Of a stretch of 64,000 bases of DNA, positions 1 through 11,929 are shown piece by piece. Both the position numbers and the translations under genes were made by a program. The stretch covers positions 552,545 through 616,544 of the forward strand of contig MU057416.1 of the NCBI GenBank assembly GCA_013265495.1. The letters run 5' to 3'. How positions within the stretch are numbered: the stretch's first letter is position 1; the number at the start of each line of letters is the position of its first letter. Origin of the DNA: Vicugna vicugna (Eukaryota). The notes below the pieces were generated by a model. The model worked only from the letters and a program-made list of their open reading frames with translations. It was not told the origin of the DNA and did no database searches.

Positions 1-14
1 CAACCCCCGGTAAT
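1..14 (-). other. Probable 5' edge of an exon of an unidentified minus-strand gene, continuing beyond the window
   Basis: Minus strand reads ...ccctgcgtcactgcgctctctgcag|ATTACCGGGGGTTG, a pyrimidine-rich acceptor. It lies downstream of the minus-strand donor in the CpG island at 11927. Confidence 0.35.
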
Positions 15-2487
15 CTGCAGAGAGCGCAGTGACGCAGGGCCTTCCAGCTCGATGCTAATAAGGCCACAGGGAAGAAAACAAGTTATTTCAAACATACTGT
101 GCATAATACCCTGTGTCTTCCCTTAAAATAGGCTGAAGATTCCTCTATTGCTCATACTGCAAAAATTCAGAACACTTTCAAATAAAATCTATCTTTACCA
201 CTTTTCTGTAGGAAATTATTACATGTTGCCCTTAACTGATCTATTTTTAGGAGCCAAAAGCAGCAGGGTATGTCAGAAAGGACTGCTTCATGAATTATGC
301 ATCTGTCCTTTTTCCACTTGGCTACATTCCCTTTATTTTATGAATCCTTGAAATCCTGAGAATGGTAAGTTTTAGGTTGAAAATTTCAAAATTTTCTAGC
401 CACATGCTGAGCTGCGCAGCTGCGTTTTCCTAGTGGTCACTTGCTCCGGGGAGAGACCTGCTCGGACCTGTTCTCCGTGAAGTGCCCCACGTAGGTTCAT
501 TTCCTTGAGTGGAGGGCGCAGATCGCTTGAACTGCTTCTGCTCACAGCACAACATTACTAATTACGACCGTATCATTTTCACTTTCCTACGGCTGTCGTT
601 GAGGGTTCATTCGAAGCGTGTGAGCTTCTCAAGGGTTCCATGATGTTATATGGATCCTGTTTTGTTACTGGCTCACTGCTTTCCCAGAAAACAACAACAA
701 ATTACTGAAATCAAGTAAAAAGGGAAAGGAAACTGGCTGTACACAACCCACACTAATTAAATTCCGGCGCTACAAAATTATAAACCCCATAGGCACAATT
801 CCTCTATAAAACTTTGTTCAAGTAACAAAAATGACTCTGCTAACGTCTGTGACTAATACTCCAGAAATGAGAGCCTTTTTTCCTGACCCTGAACTGAATA
901 TTGAACATGGAAATATTGATCGGCTCCTCGTTCTCACAAGCACACTTGCTCAGATGTGAACGGGAGGGCTGTGTCACTGAAAGAAGCCCCCCCTCCGCCC
1001 CTGCATCCTTTTGTCTTTACCCATTTCCATCATCTCGGGCACCAAAGACCCCCTCTCACAGGTTTACAGTTGCTTGTCATGCATGACCTTCTGTATTTTG
1101 CCTTCTCCTTTCTTTGCCCCTGGAAAACCTCAAGAGGGAGGAAGAAAGGTCATACTTTCAAAGCCTTTCCCAAAGCCCGTTCATACTCACTGTCCTCACT
1201 GGAGCAGCTCAAAGAAGGTGAAACTCCTTTTCGATAGACAGTATTTTAACCTTAGAAGTCCACACTGAACTTCAATAATATATCAAATGGAATGTTAGCC
1301 TTTTATCCAGATTCCAAACAACAACAAAACGTTTGAAGAAGGTAGTGCAGATCTATTATAAACCATGTCACATGTGCTGTTATGAAGTGCGCATGGTGGT
1401 AAGCCGTTCTGCAACCATTGCTGCAGCGACTGGGAATTACTTTCATTGACAATTTACTCGAGAGTATTAGAGACATTATTACCTAAAATAAAAGTGCACT
1501 GTTTCAAACAAATAATTTTTTCTGGCAGAATGATTTTATCTTGTGAAAAGGTCATTTATTTACAACCAATAATTATTAAATACTTAATAAAATAATTTCT
1601 GGAAGTGCTGTCCAATAAAAGTAAAATTTGAACTCAATTTTCTTCTATTCAAAATGTTAAACCCTGTGTAATTTCTGGTGATGTTTAAATATAGCAAGGA
1701 TATATAAAACAAGTGCTAAGGGTGAGCAGAAGTCAACGGCATGAAAAGATGAACCAGAATGTGAAAAGAGGAAATTCACAAATCATGTACTGCCATAACT
1801 TAAAAAATTGTTGAAGAAAAGGGAGGTATTGCCTCCGTATACTTATCTTACCTTTAAACTAACACTTGTTGATTTTAGAGTATCTTCCAAGTATTTCTCT
1901 TTTCTAATCTATGTGTAGTTCTTTGCGAATGTATCAGACATTTCCTATCTTTAAAGTTAAGACAAAATTTCAAACCAGAACGGGCTATTTTTTCACACAT
2001 TATAGGTGAATGATTCCTAACGAGCCCTTGATGGCTTTAGAAATGTTTCATCTACTTTCACTTGTCAGAAAACAATGTTTGTGACCAATACCAGAGAGAA
2101 GTACCCCTCTTGGTCCCAATATCTCACCCTTACAGCAGTTACATTTACTGCATATGATACAGTTATGACATGTTTACACGTGATGTTCAGGCCAGTGACC
2201 AACGTGATGTCTACAGGCACGTACCACACAATGTACATTACTCCAGTGCTTAACTTTTCTAGAAAAAAAATTTAAGTTCTCCAAATCAACATAAGTACCA
2301 ACATAAGTCTAAGCACCCATATGTATCATAAGTACACTCTTCAAGTTGTTAAGTTGAGATTATTTTCAAACTAATTTTAAATTATACATTATTAGTTTAT
2401 TTGGAGAATTCTACTTCTAAAAGAATAAATCACCTCTGGTTTACTAAATTACACAAATTTATGATAAACTGGTGGTATAGACCTCCT

Positions 2488-4515
2488 TATTCATCCAAGC
2501 CCACAGTTAATGTCATACTCAGTGGTACAAGGTTGAAAGCTTTTCCTCTAAGATCAGAAACAAGACAAGGGTGCTCACTCTCACCACTCTTTTTCAACGC
2601 AATGCTGGGAGTCCTAGCCAGAGCAACCAGGCAAGAAAAAGAAAAAAATGGAAAGGAAGAAGTAAAATGGTCTCTGTTTGCTGATGACATAATATTGTAT
2701 ACAGAAAATCCTCATAACTCTACCAAAAAGCTGTTAGAGCTAATCAACTAATTCAGAAAAGTTGCAGGAAACAAAATTAACATGCAAATATCAATAGTGT
2801 TTCTGTACACCAACAATTAATTATCTGCAATAGAAATGAAGAAAATAATTTCATTTACAATAGCATCAAAAAGAATAAAATACTTAGGACTAAATTTAAC
2901 CAAGGAGGTAAAAGAATCCTACACTGATATCTACAAAACTTGGTGCAAAAAACTGAGGGAGACATACACATGTGAAAATACTCAGTGCTCATGGATTATG
3001 AGAATATTGTCAAAATGTCTATAGTACCCAAAGCCATCCCTATAAAAGTTCCCGTGGCACTGTTTATGGAAGTAGAAACAATGACCATAAAATGTATCTG
3101 AACCACAAAAGACCCCAAACAGTCCAAGCCATCATGAGAAAGAACAAAGTGGGAGATACCACACTTCCTGATTTAAGCGACCTTGTAAAGCTACAGTCAT
3201 CAAAACAGTATGGTACTGGCACAAAAACAGACACATAACCCAATGAAGCAGAATCAAGTGCCCAGAAATAAACCCGAGCATTTAAAGTCAGCTAATATCT
3301 GTGAAGGGAGCCAAGAATACTGGGAGGGAAAAACAGTCTCTTCAAACAAATGGTGCTGGGAAAATCGGATAGTCACACGTTAACGATTAAAATCCTTATC
3401 TTAGACCCTTATCTTAGACCCTTCATAAAGATTAACTCAAAATGGATCAAAGCTAGACACTGTAAGACTCTTAGAAAAAAGTATAGGAGCAAAGTGCCTT
3501 GTCGTGGGTCTTGGCAGGAATTTTTTAGATATGACACTTACGGGATAAGCAGCAAAATAAAAAATAAACAAGTAGGATTATGTCAAACAAAAGCACTTCC
3601 GCAAAGCAAGAGAAATGATCAACCAAAAAACAAGCCTGAAAAGCAAGCTACAAAATCAGAGAAAATATTTGCAAATTATATATCTGATAAGGGGTAAATA
3701 TCTGAAATACATAAAGAATGTACACAATTCAACAGCGAAACAGAAACCTCACAAATAATCATTTTGAAAAAGGAGTTAAGAACCTGAATAGACATTTTTC
3801 CAAAGAAGATCTAAAACTGGCCAAAAAGTACATCACTAATCATCAGGGAAATGCAAATCAAAACCATAACGAGATGTCACCTCATGCCTGTTAGAATGAC
3901 CCTCACCAAAAAGACAAGCTATAATGAATGCTGACAAGGATGTGGAGACGAGAACCCTTATGCGCTGTTGGCAGAATTCTAAATTGGCACAGTTGCTGTA
4001 GAAAACAGTATAGAGGCTCCTCAAAAAATTAAAAATAGAACTGCCACAAGACCCAGCAATTCCACTTCTGAGTGTATTTGCACAAAAAAACAAGACATTA
4101 TGTCAAAGAGATACCTACACTTCCATGCTCACTGCAATATTATTTACAATTGCCAAGGAATGAAAACAACCCAAGAGTCCATCAATGGATGAACAAAGAT
4201 TTGGTGTGTGTACACGCTGGAATATTATTTAGCCATAACATATGAAGGACACCCTGTCATTTGTGACAACGTGGATGGACCTTGAGAGCAGTATGCTAGG
4301 TGAAATAAGTCAGACGGAGAAAGACAAATACTGTATGATCTCACTTATACGTGGACTCTAAAAACAAATAAACTTACAGAAAGAGATCAACTTTGCGGCT
4401 ACCAGAGGGGTTGGGTGTGAAGGGTGGGGAAACTGGATGAAGGTGGTCGGAAGGTACAGACCTCCAGTTGTGAGGTCAGTAAGTACTGGGGATGTGATGC
4501 ACAGCATCAACAGTG
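2488..4515 (+). mobile_element. L1 LINE, 5'-truncated and decayed (ORF2 RT/C-terminal part plus 3' UTR; L1MA-like)
   Basis: Translations such as [32 protein letters not shown] and FTIASKRIKYLGLNLTKEVK match L1 ORF2. Multiple stops and frameshifts are present, followed by a typical 3' UTR. Confidence 0.95.
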
Positions 4516-6245
4516 AAATAAGATTCTTTTTTGTTGTGCTATTTCAAGCTGTAGTTTCTCCACTTGCTTATACCATCCATTTATGTATACTGAATATTGC
4601 AGTTTCCCATTACAGAAATATAATGACAAAACCGTTCATTATGTCCAGAGAATCTGTTTCAAAGATTACATCAATTATTAGTTAAAGCTGTTCAACAAGT
4701 TTATAAGAGAAACACTGTCCTGAGAGTAAAATCTATCTACTTTATAATTTTTACTATTATTTTTCATAAGAGCAAATTACATGTGAATAGAATTCAAAAT
4801 CTGGAAACAAAAGCCAGAAACTAAGAAAAAGGTAGAGTTTAAATGTTGAATCCAGCTCTTACTCAAATTTTGTAAAAACAGCACAGAACTGGTAGCAAGA
4901 AAAGATGAAATCAGAGGTTAGGAAGTCAACTTCTGTATTTGAGTTCACCGCACGGTTTTGCGCTCAAATTCTCAGTTAAGTCACCTTCTCTCTCCATGAA
5001 GAGCAGCTATGATCATCATGGCAGTTTTCCAAACATAGGAAAATAATAAAGCAATTGTTCCTGCAAAGCCACCCAAATCCTGGGGTAGAAGGTCTTCTTC
5101 AGTGTAACACGGAGGGCCCTTCATGGCGCGGTGTGGTCTGGACCTGCCCTTCCCGTGGGAGGTGCTGGCCGTGCTGCGGGTACCCCAGGGTGCTTCCTCA
5201 TCGTCTCCCTGTCCACACGTCTTCTCTAAGTTCCACTGCCGACGAAGGCTCGGTTCAAGTGGTATCTTCTCTGTGGCCCTTTCCACTCCCCACGTTCCAG
5301 GCAAATCACTCACCCGATCGTGCTTAGACCCTCATGCTGATACTGGAGTAAGTACCTGTGCGTGTCGCTGACGTTAAGGTGTTAGCTTGTCGAAGAAAAG
5401 GACCACATATCAGTCTTTTCCATTCCTTTTAGCAACTAGCATTGTGTATAAACATCTAGCGATGGGACTGAATTGAAAAGATATCACTACCAATCATTCA
5501 CTAGGATGTGGGAAAACTTACGATTCTTGAATCTTGTCCAAAGATCCATTTGAAAATTAATGCTTCTTCTCTGTTCTTTATCTACATATAATCAAAAAGT
5601 ATCTTCAAAGAAGAAACAGGGACTTCAGCCACAATAACTTAATTATTGCAAACTTCTTTGGTCATGAAACAACTTCACAAATGCATTGACAGACTATGAG
5701 GAAGCTTGGTCTATTTAATACCGTGTTATGTAAGAACAGCTTACTTAATAGCAACATTGAAAAGAATACCACGTAAAAGTCATGAAATCACCCTCTCTCA
5801 CCCCTGTGCCAATGGCTCATACTGTTTCTGAGACAACAGAAAGGAAACAGTTATCCCTAATTATGTCTTGTTCAACTGTGTCATTTAAAGCATTAACCTG
5901 TTTTTAGCAAGGCTGTTTTAGAGAGTCTATGTTTACTGAGCAAAGGCTGCTCCTTTTGCAGTCTTTTCCCTGTGGAAAAATAGTTTAGATTATTTGCAAG
6001 TCATTCACATTAGGAAAAATTAAAATAAGTATACTAGCTTCAATGTCCAAGGTTTAGAAAGAACATGTTTGTGAATAAACTCAGGAAGCTGGTTCTTCCA
6101 GAAGGTACGTATACATGCAGGTCCGTAGAGATGTGCATCCTAGAAGCCCCAGGTCATCAGATGTACGTTTGGAAAACGCTGCTCCCTCAGGCTGCTCGCA
6201 GTCTTTCACAGAGCCAACTGCTGAGAGGAGATACAGTAAGAAAAC

Positions 6246-6285
6246 TGATTTGATTTGATTTGATTTGATTTGATTTGATTTGATT
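6246..6285 (+). repeat. (TGATT)8 microsatellite
   Basis: Direct read of the sequence. Confidence 0.95.
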
Positions 6286-6507
6286 CTGAATTTCCCAACC
6301 TTGGCACTAATGGCATTTAGGGCCCCATCATGCTTTGTTGGCAGGGGTTGTGGGGGCAGCTGTCCTGGGTACCACACATATTTAGAGCCTCCCTGACCTC
6401 TACCACTGGATGTCCCTGTCGCTGCTCACCCTCCACCAGTCATAATGTTCCAGACACTGGAATATTTTTCCCTAGTGGACAAAATCACTCCTGCTTGAGA
6501 ACCACTG
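6286..6507 (+). mobile_element. MER20-like hAT/Charlie non-autonomous DNA transposon
   Basis: Begins ...caaccttggcact..., contains cctctaccactggatg and ends caaaatcactcctgcttgagaaccactg, matching the recalled MER20 consensus. Length is about 220 bp. Confidence 0.8.
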
Positions 6508-6830
6508 ATTTAATCCAAACCCTTCCCAGAGGCTTTCACCCAAGAATTTCTCATAAAATTCATAGTAACAGCATAATAAGGCAATTGGAGAAATGTTACT
6601 GGAAAGTCCCTAACTCCTTTCGCACTAATGACTAACTCATATATACCACTGACCATGAGACATGCCCCCTCTCCTCCGCATTTTCACTGAATTCATGAAA
6701 CTGACACCACAGTAACTCAAATATGTTGGTTCCAATGGCTTTAGGATGGTTGTCTTGTACATGAAGATGGACAAAGAAATACCTATCTTTTTTTTTCAAA
6801 TTTGCCTTTGACACAAAAAGTAGGGGGATC

Positions 6831-7077
6831 AAGAGAAGAAGGGGTTGGGGGGATAAATCAGGAGTTCGGGATTAGCAGATACAAACTACAATATATAAAA
6901 TAAACAACAAGGACCTGCTGTACAGCACAGGGAACCACATTCAATATCTAGTCATAACCTATAACAGAAAAATGTGGAAAAATATATGTTTGTATATGTA
7001 TAACTGCATCACTTTGCTGTACACCTGAAACTAGCATTGTAAATCAACTACACTTGAATAAAAACAAAGTTTGTTTT
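6831..7077 (+). mobile_element. Short L1 3'-end insertion with a perfect 16-bp target-site duplication
   Basis: L1 3' UTR motifs (gggattagcagatacaaactac...tgtaaatcaactacac) are flanked by aaaaagtagggggatc at 6815-6830 and 7078-7093. Confidence 0.92.
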
Positions 7078-7093
7078 AAAAAGTAGGGGGATC

Positions 7094-8240
7094 CAGGGAA
7101 AGACAAGACAAGCCACAGACTGAGAGAAAATATTTGCAAAAGACACATCTGATAAAGGACTGTTACCCAAAATATACAAAGAACTCTTAAAACTCAACAT
7201 TAGGAAAAAATGAACAACCCAATTAAAGCATGACCAAAGGGAGATGTGAACAGACACTTCACCAAAGAAGATCTACAGATGGCAAATTATTATAAGAAAA
7301 GACACTCTTAATTATGTGTCATTAGGGAATTGCAAGCTAAAGCGACAGTGAGACACCAGGATACACCTATTAGGACAGTCAAAAGCTGGAACACTGACAA
7401 CACCAAATGCTGGTGAAGATGTGGAAAAACTGGTAGGAACGAAAAATGGTGCAGGCATTTTGGAAGACCGTTTGGCAGTTTCTTATAAAACTAAACATAA
7501 TCCTACCAGAATTCAGGCTCCTTGACATTTACTCAGAGTTGAAAAAACTTCCATCCACACAAAACCTACACATGGATGTTTATAGCTGCTTTATTCATAA
7601 TTGTCCGAACTTGGAAGCAACCAAGAATTCCTTCAGGCAGTGAAGAAATAAATAAACGGGTGCACAGCCAGACAATGGAATATTATTCAGCACTAAAAAG
7701 AAACGAGCTATCAAGCCATGAGAAGACACAGAGGAACCTAAAATGCATATGACCAAGTGCAAGAAACCAATCTAAAGAGTCTACATACTGCATGATTCCA
7801 ACGACATGACACCCTGGAAGAGGGAAAATTATGCAGATAGTAAAATAAATAAATAAATCAGTGGTCCCTAGGGTTTGGTGGCAGGAAAAGATAAATAAAT
7901 AGACAGAGCAGAGAGGGTTTTTAAGACAGTAAAATCCTCCTGCAAACACATTTGTAGTGAACACACACCGTTCTGCTTGTGTCCAGACCACGGAGCGCGC
8001 AGCGCGGGAGTGAGCCCGAGTGGGACCCGTGGGCCGGGGTGACGAGGTGATGATAACGTGTCAGTGCAGGTCCATCGACTGTAACAAATGTGCCATCCAG
8101 GGCCGGGGCAGGGGGCGTTGATAGTTGGGAAAGCTGTGTGTGTGTGAGGTCGGGGAACATGGGGGAGCTCTCCGTACCTTCTGCTCAATATTTCTGGGAA
8201 TCTAAATCTCTAAAAAATAAAACCTATCAGAAAAAAAAAT
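7094..8240 (+). mobile_element. Old L1 (L1MC-like) ORF2 end and 3' UTR
   Basis: gagaaaatatttgcaaaagacacatctgataaaggac, cagacacttcaccaaagaag, an L1MC-type 3' UTR and an A-rich end at about 8230. Confidence 0.9.
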
Positions 8241-9734
8241 GTAGGGCATGTACTAGTTTGAGCCTGAAATCTTCAGAGATAATTACCGAGCATCACTGTA
8301 AACTAGCCTTTCTGCGCACAGGCCACACCGCGTCTGCTTCCCACCCAAAGGGGCTCACAGGAGCAGGCGACGACTCTGACAGCTGCACCGAGGACCATGC
8401 ACTTGGGCCAGGTGACAAGGGGCAAGTGACAACTCTGAGGGCTGCACCAAGGACCAGTCAGAAAGCTCTAGAATGAATGGCAGTGGGCCTGTCTCCCAGG
8501 AGCTCTCTGGCTCCCCCCAAATATCTTTTCAAGACATTACCTTCCCCCCATGTTTCGCTCCAATCCCGAGGAAAGGAGAAGCCACAGGCCCCATCGAGGG
8601 CAAAGGGGACGAAACACAGGGCTGGGAAATGGCAGCGGGGGCTGGGATCTGGAGCGCTGTGACGGTCTCAACTCGCCCTCCCAGCTACAGGCCTCCTGAC
8701 ACTGCTGCTTCCGAGCGCCATCAGCGTATGTGGGAACGACCTCGATACATCTAGCTCACTAGATCGCAGATTCTCTTTTCCTTCTTTAGTCACTTAAGCC
8801 AAACGTCTCTCAACCCTGTCTGTGCTGTGAAAGGGCGAGTCCCCTCCCCGAAGCCGAGTGCCGCTCCTGGGCTCTGAGGGCCACTCCCCTCTGGTGAGGG
8901 CGGCAGATGGGAGGCTGCACGCTCGGCGCGAGCTCCTGGCTCAGGGCCCTGAGCTGTGAGGCCAGTGGCTCGGCTCAGAGGGTGGCTTCAGATCCAAGCC
9001 CCTATCATCCTCCCAGGGCTCCAGGCCGCTGAAGAGAGCTGTGAATGGCTGTTGTTACAATGTAGGTACAAAGTGGTTTCAGTAATAAATAAAGGCTCAT
9101 CGACCAGTAATAAATTATCATTTTTTTCCTCCAGTTTAGAGATGGCGAGCCACCTTCTTAGAGAAAGGAAAGAGGAAGAAAGTTCTTTACTTGGGTATTT
9201 GTATCTTCTTCTTTTACTGCAGTTACATCAAAACCACGGCCCTACACACCACACGCTCATCAAGTAACTTCGAAGCCCAGAGAAGACACAACACACACCT
9301 CACAGATGATGAGAATTAGTTGGGAAGGCTGAGAGGACGCGAGCTGGGGGCCCGTTTTGCGCCAGCGGTTGTGCTGGGCTGTTTACAACGTGTGACCACG
9401 CTTACTTCTCAGAGCCACCTCACTGTTTCCTCTCGCTGGGGCACAAGAGGAACTGGAGACCTGGAAACGAGAAGAGGCTGCTCGCGCTGGCACAGCTGGG
9501 AAATGACAAGATCGGGAGAGGAGCTCGCGTGCTGCCTCTCGGCACCACTGACAGACAGAAAAATGCAAGACGGCAGAATCTGAACCCAAGCCTCCTGCCC
9601 CTGAGGGTACGGTTTTTCAACTATGCCTTATGCGTTTATTCTCAGGAATAAAATGCCTGAGAACTTTCTGGAGGAGTTAGTGCAAAAATGGCAGTGAACA
9701 TCAAAGTGCACTTCAAAATGCGAGGATGTTTTGA

Positions 9735-9870
9735 ACAAGACTCAGCTGGGTCTAGTCTCAGTGCAGCCATTTAAGAGATGCACAGCTCGGGGGCAAATGA
9801 TTTCATCTGTCTAAGCCTCAATGTCTGTCTATATCTATAGACCGATACCCACTTCATGGGAAGAAAAGGA
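9735..9870. mobile_element. MIR SINE fragment
   Basis: Core-like ggcaaatgatttcatctgtctaagcctcaatgtctgtctatatcta. Confidence 0.55.
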
Positions 9871-9893
9871 CATAAAATCTGTGGTATGTACCT

Positions 9894-11664
9894 CGTACCG
9901 TAAAAAAAAAAATGCACTCAAAATCCTTAACATAGTACTTGGTGTTCAGCTGCTGAAGACTCAATTGTGGACAAGGAATAATTTTCAAAGTATCATTTTA
10001 ACATTGGCATAACATGAAAATATCTTGATACAGTTTATCTTTCTGAGTCTACTGATCCAAGCTGGGACCCCAAAGCCAGTAGGGTAGGGGATGATCTGAA
10101 AGCAAAGATAATAAAATAAAAAGGAAACCAGTTTCTCAGCTGCAAAACAGAGGGTGTGGGAAAGTAGTAGCCTTGGAAGACAGGCTAACGTCTTGGGAGA
10201 AAATTACCCAAACTTCTTCCTCCCCGCTACCCTCTCCCACTGGAACATATTAATGACTAAACCACCTCTGATGTGGGTGGAGAGTGTGCATCCGTGCCTG
10301 TGACAGCCGGGCACTGCCCAGAAGTCAGTCAGCAAGGCAACCAGAGGGGCCGAGCACCCCATCGGTGACGGGCACCCAGGGCGGAGGCGGCCCCTCACCT
10401 CCTCTCGCAGCCCAGCCGGAAGGGAGGGGCTGCACCGATCACCCGTGCTCACTAGACAATTCTTTCCACTCCTCCAGCGCCTGTAAACGAACACTCTAGT
10501 TTTACAGTTTTTTGTATTTTGCTTTTTGGTTGTCCCCCCCCCTTTTTTTTTTCAATCCAGAGTGCTCTACTTAAGCAAACTTCACTACCAGGTTTGAGTG
10601 ATTTTGGCCCAGATTGGTGGTTCCTTCCTTAACAACAATAACAATCAAATAAATAAACAAAACACAACTTAGCAAACTATAGAGGGCCAGGGGCCTGGGG
10701 GTAAGCTCTGACAAAACTTAAAAAGTACATTTTCTGTACATACTCTGGTTAAGTGTGAAGAAATTGCAAGTCTCCAAGAAAAACTCTCTCCCCCTTCCCA
10801 GTTTCCCAGTTCCACCTTTTACATGTCGTTTAAATTGGCTACATCTTTTAATAAGATTTTATCTAGGTACCTAGTGAGTAGTATTTTGGCGGGCATCAGA
10901 TGATGCCTTGAAATAACTAGCCTGGCTGGATTATTTAATGTTTTAATTCTTTTCTTTCCTTCCCTCCGCGTCTTTCTTTCTCTTCCTCTCCTTCAGCACG
11001 TGGTCAGCTCTGTGCTCAGCGCCTCGGGGCAGGGATATGGCAGAGAACACAAAAATCAGCGGCTGTAACTTCATTCTTTTTCAAAAAATGAATTTGCTCA
11101 TTAATGCTTTCAATATATAGAGCTCCTGAGAGAATTCCAACGTGGTAACATCTTTTCCCCCTAAAATACATTAGAAGAGTCGTGTCAGCTCATAACACAC
11201 CCTCATATTCATTTAGTCAACAAACAAATGTGTGTGTGTGTGTGTTGCTGCTACGTGCAGAGCATTCTGGATGCAAAAGATAAAACAGCACGGGATACAA
11301 GTCCCATTTCATGGGGAGGATGGGACCAGACAGTGAAAATAACAGCAAATAGATACATGATAAAACATGAGGTGTTGCCTTGATACATTTTTTTTTCCTT
11401 TTTAAAAAACTTTTTAAAAACTTTTTAAAATTTTGTGGGGGGGGTTAAATTAGGTTTATATATGTTTTAATGGAGGCACTGGGGGCTGAACCCAGGACCT
11501 CATGCATGGTAAGCACGTGCTCTACCCCTGAGCTACACCCTCCCCCGCCTTCATGAATTCTCTTTACCGAAAGTCAGCCTCAAGGAGGGGAAGGAAAGTT
11601 GGGACATGGACACGCAAAGACAGAGAGCCCCGCTAAGAAAGGGCGCCCCCAGAGAGCGCTCCGC
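9894..11664 (+). repeat. Copy 1 of a 1.77-kb near-identical direct duplication
   Basis: Aligns end to end with 11923-13692. By eye it differs by 4 substitutions and 2 repeat-length indels. Confidence 0.98.
11390..11546 (-). mobile_element. tRNA-derived SINE (camelid Vic-1-like)
   Basis: Reverse complement gives ggggagggtgtagctcaggggtagagcacgtgcttaccatgcatgaggtcctgggttcagccccc (A and B boxes) and an A-rich tail. A degenerate TSD gccttgatacatt / gccttcatgaatt flanks it. Confidence 0.85.
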
Positions 11665-11929
11665 CCCGGGCCTCGCGCCGGCGTCGAGCAGCGCGGCGTC
11701 GGGGGGAATCGGCGCGCGCCGCTGCCAGGCCGGAGAGGGCGAGGCCGGTCCCGGCAGCTCCTGGCGGCCCGAGAGCGGCCACCGGCTGGGCCGCCCGCGA
11801 CCCCGCGACAGGGAGCGGCGCCCGCGGGAGGGCCTCCGGGAGGCCGGGCGCGGGGTGCAGAGGCGCGGCCGCCGGCGCGCTCGGCCCCAGAGCCCAGGCC
11901 CGCGCCCCGACGCGGCGAGGAACGTACCG
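11600..11929 (-). promoter_or_regulatory. CpG island, left part, with a minus-strand splice donor G|GTACGT at 11927 (start of a putative intron 1)
   Basis: Very high GC and CpG density. The minus strand reads g|gtacgttcctcgccgcgtcggggcgcggg. Confidence 0.65.

Noticed and set aside
3393..3423. Short tandem micro-duplications (also about 2287, 29668 and 39693)
   Set aside because: Ordinary replication-slippage duplications of 11-13 bp.
2401..3697. ORFs with reverse-transcriptase-like peptides
   Set aside because: Fragments of decayed L1 ORF2, not a host gene or a novel RT system.
8882..8897. CTCF-like motifs (also about 15612)
   Set aside because: Only partial matches to the consensus. They cannot be supported without PWM scoring or ChIP data.
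9191..9241. 51-nt symmetric minus-strand exon candidate (GRGFDVTAVKEEDTNTQ)
   Set aside because: The acceptor lacks a pyrimidine tract, the donor is weak and the peptide is unrecognised.
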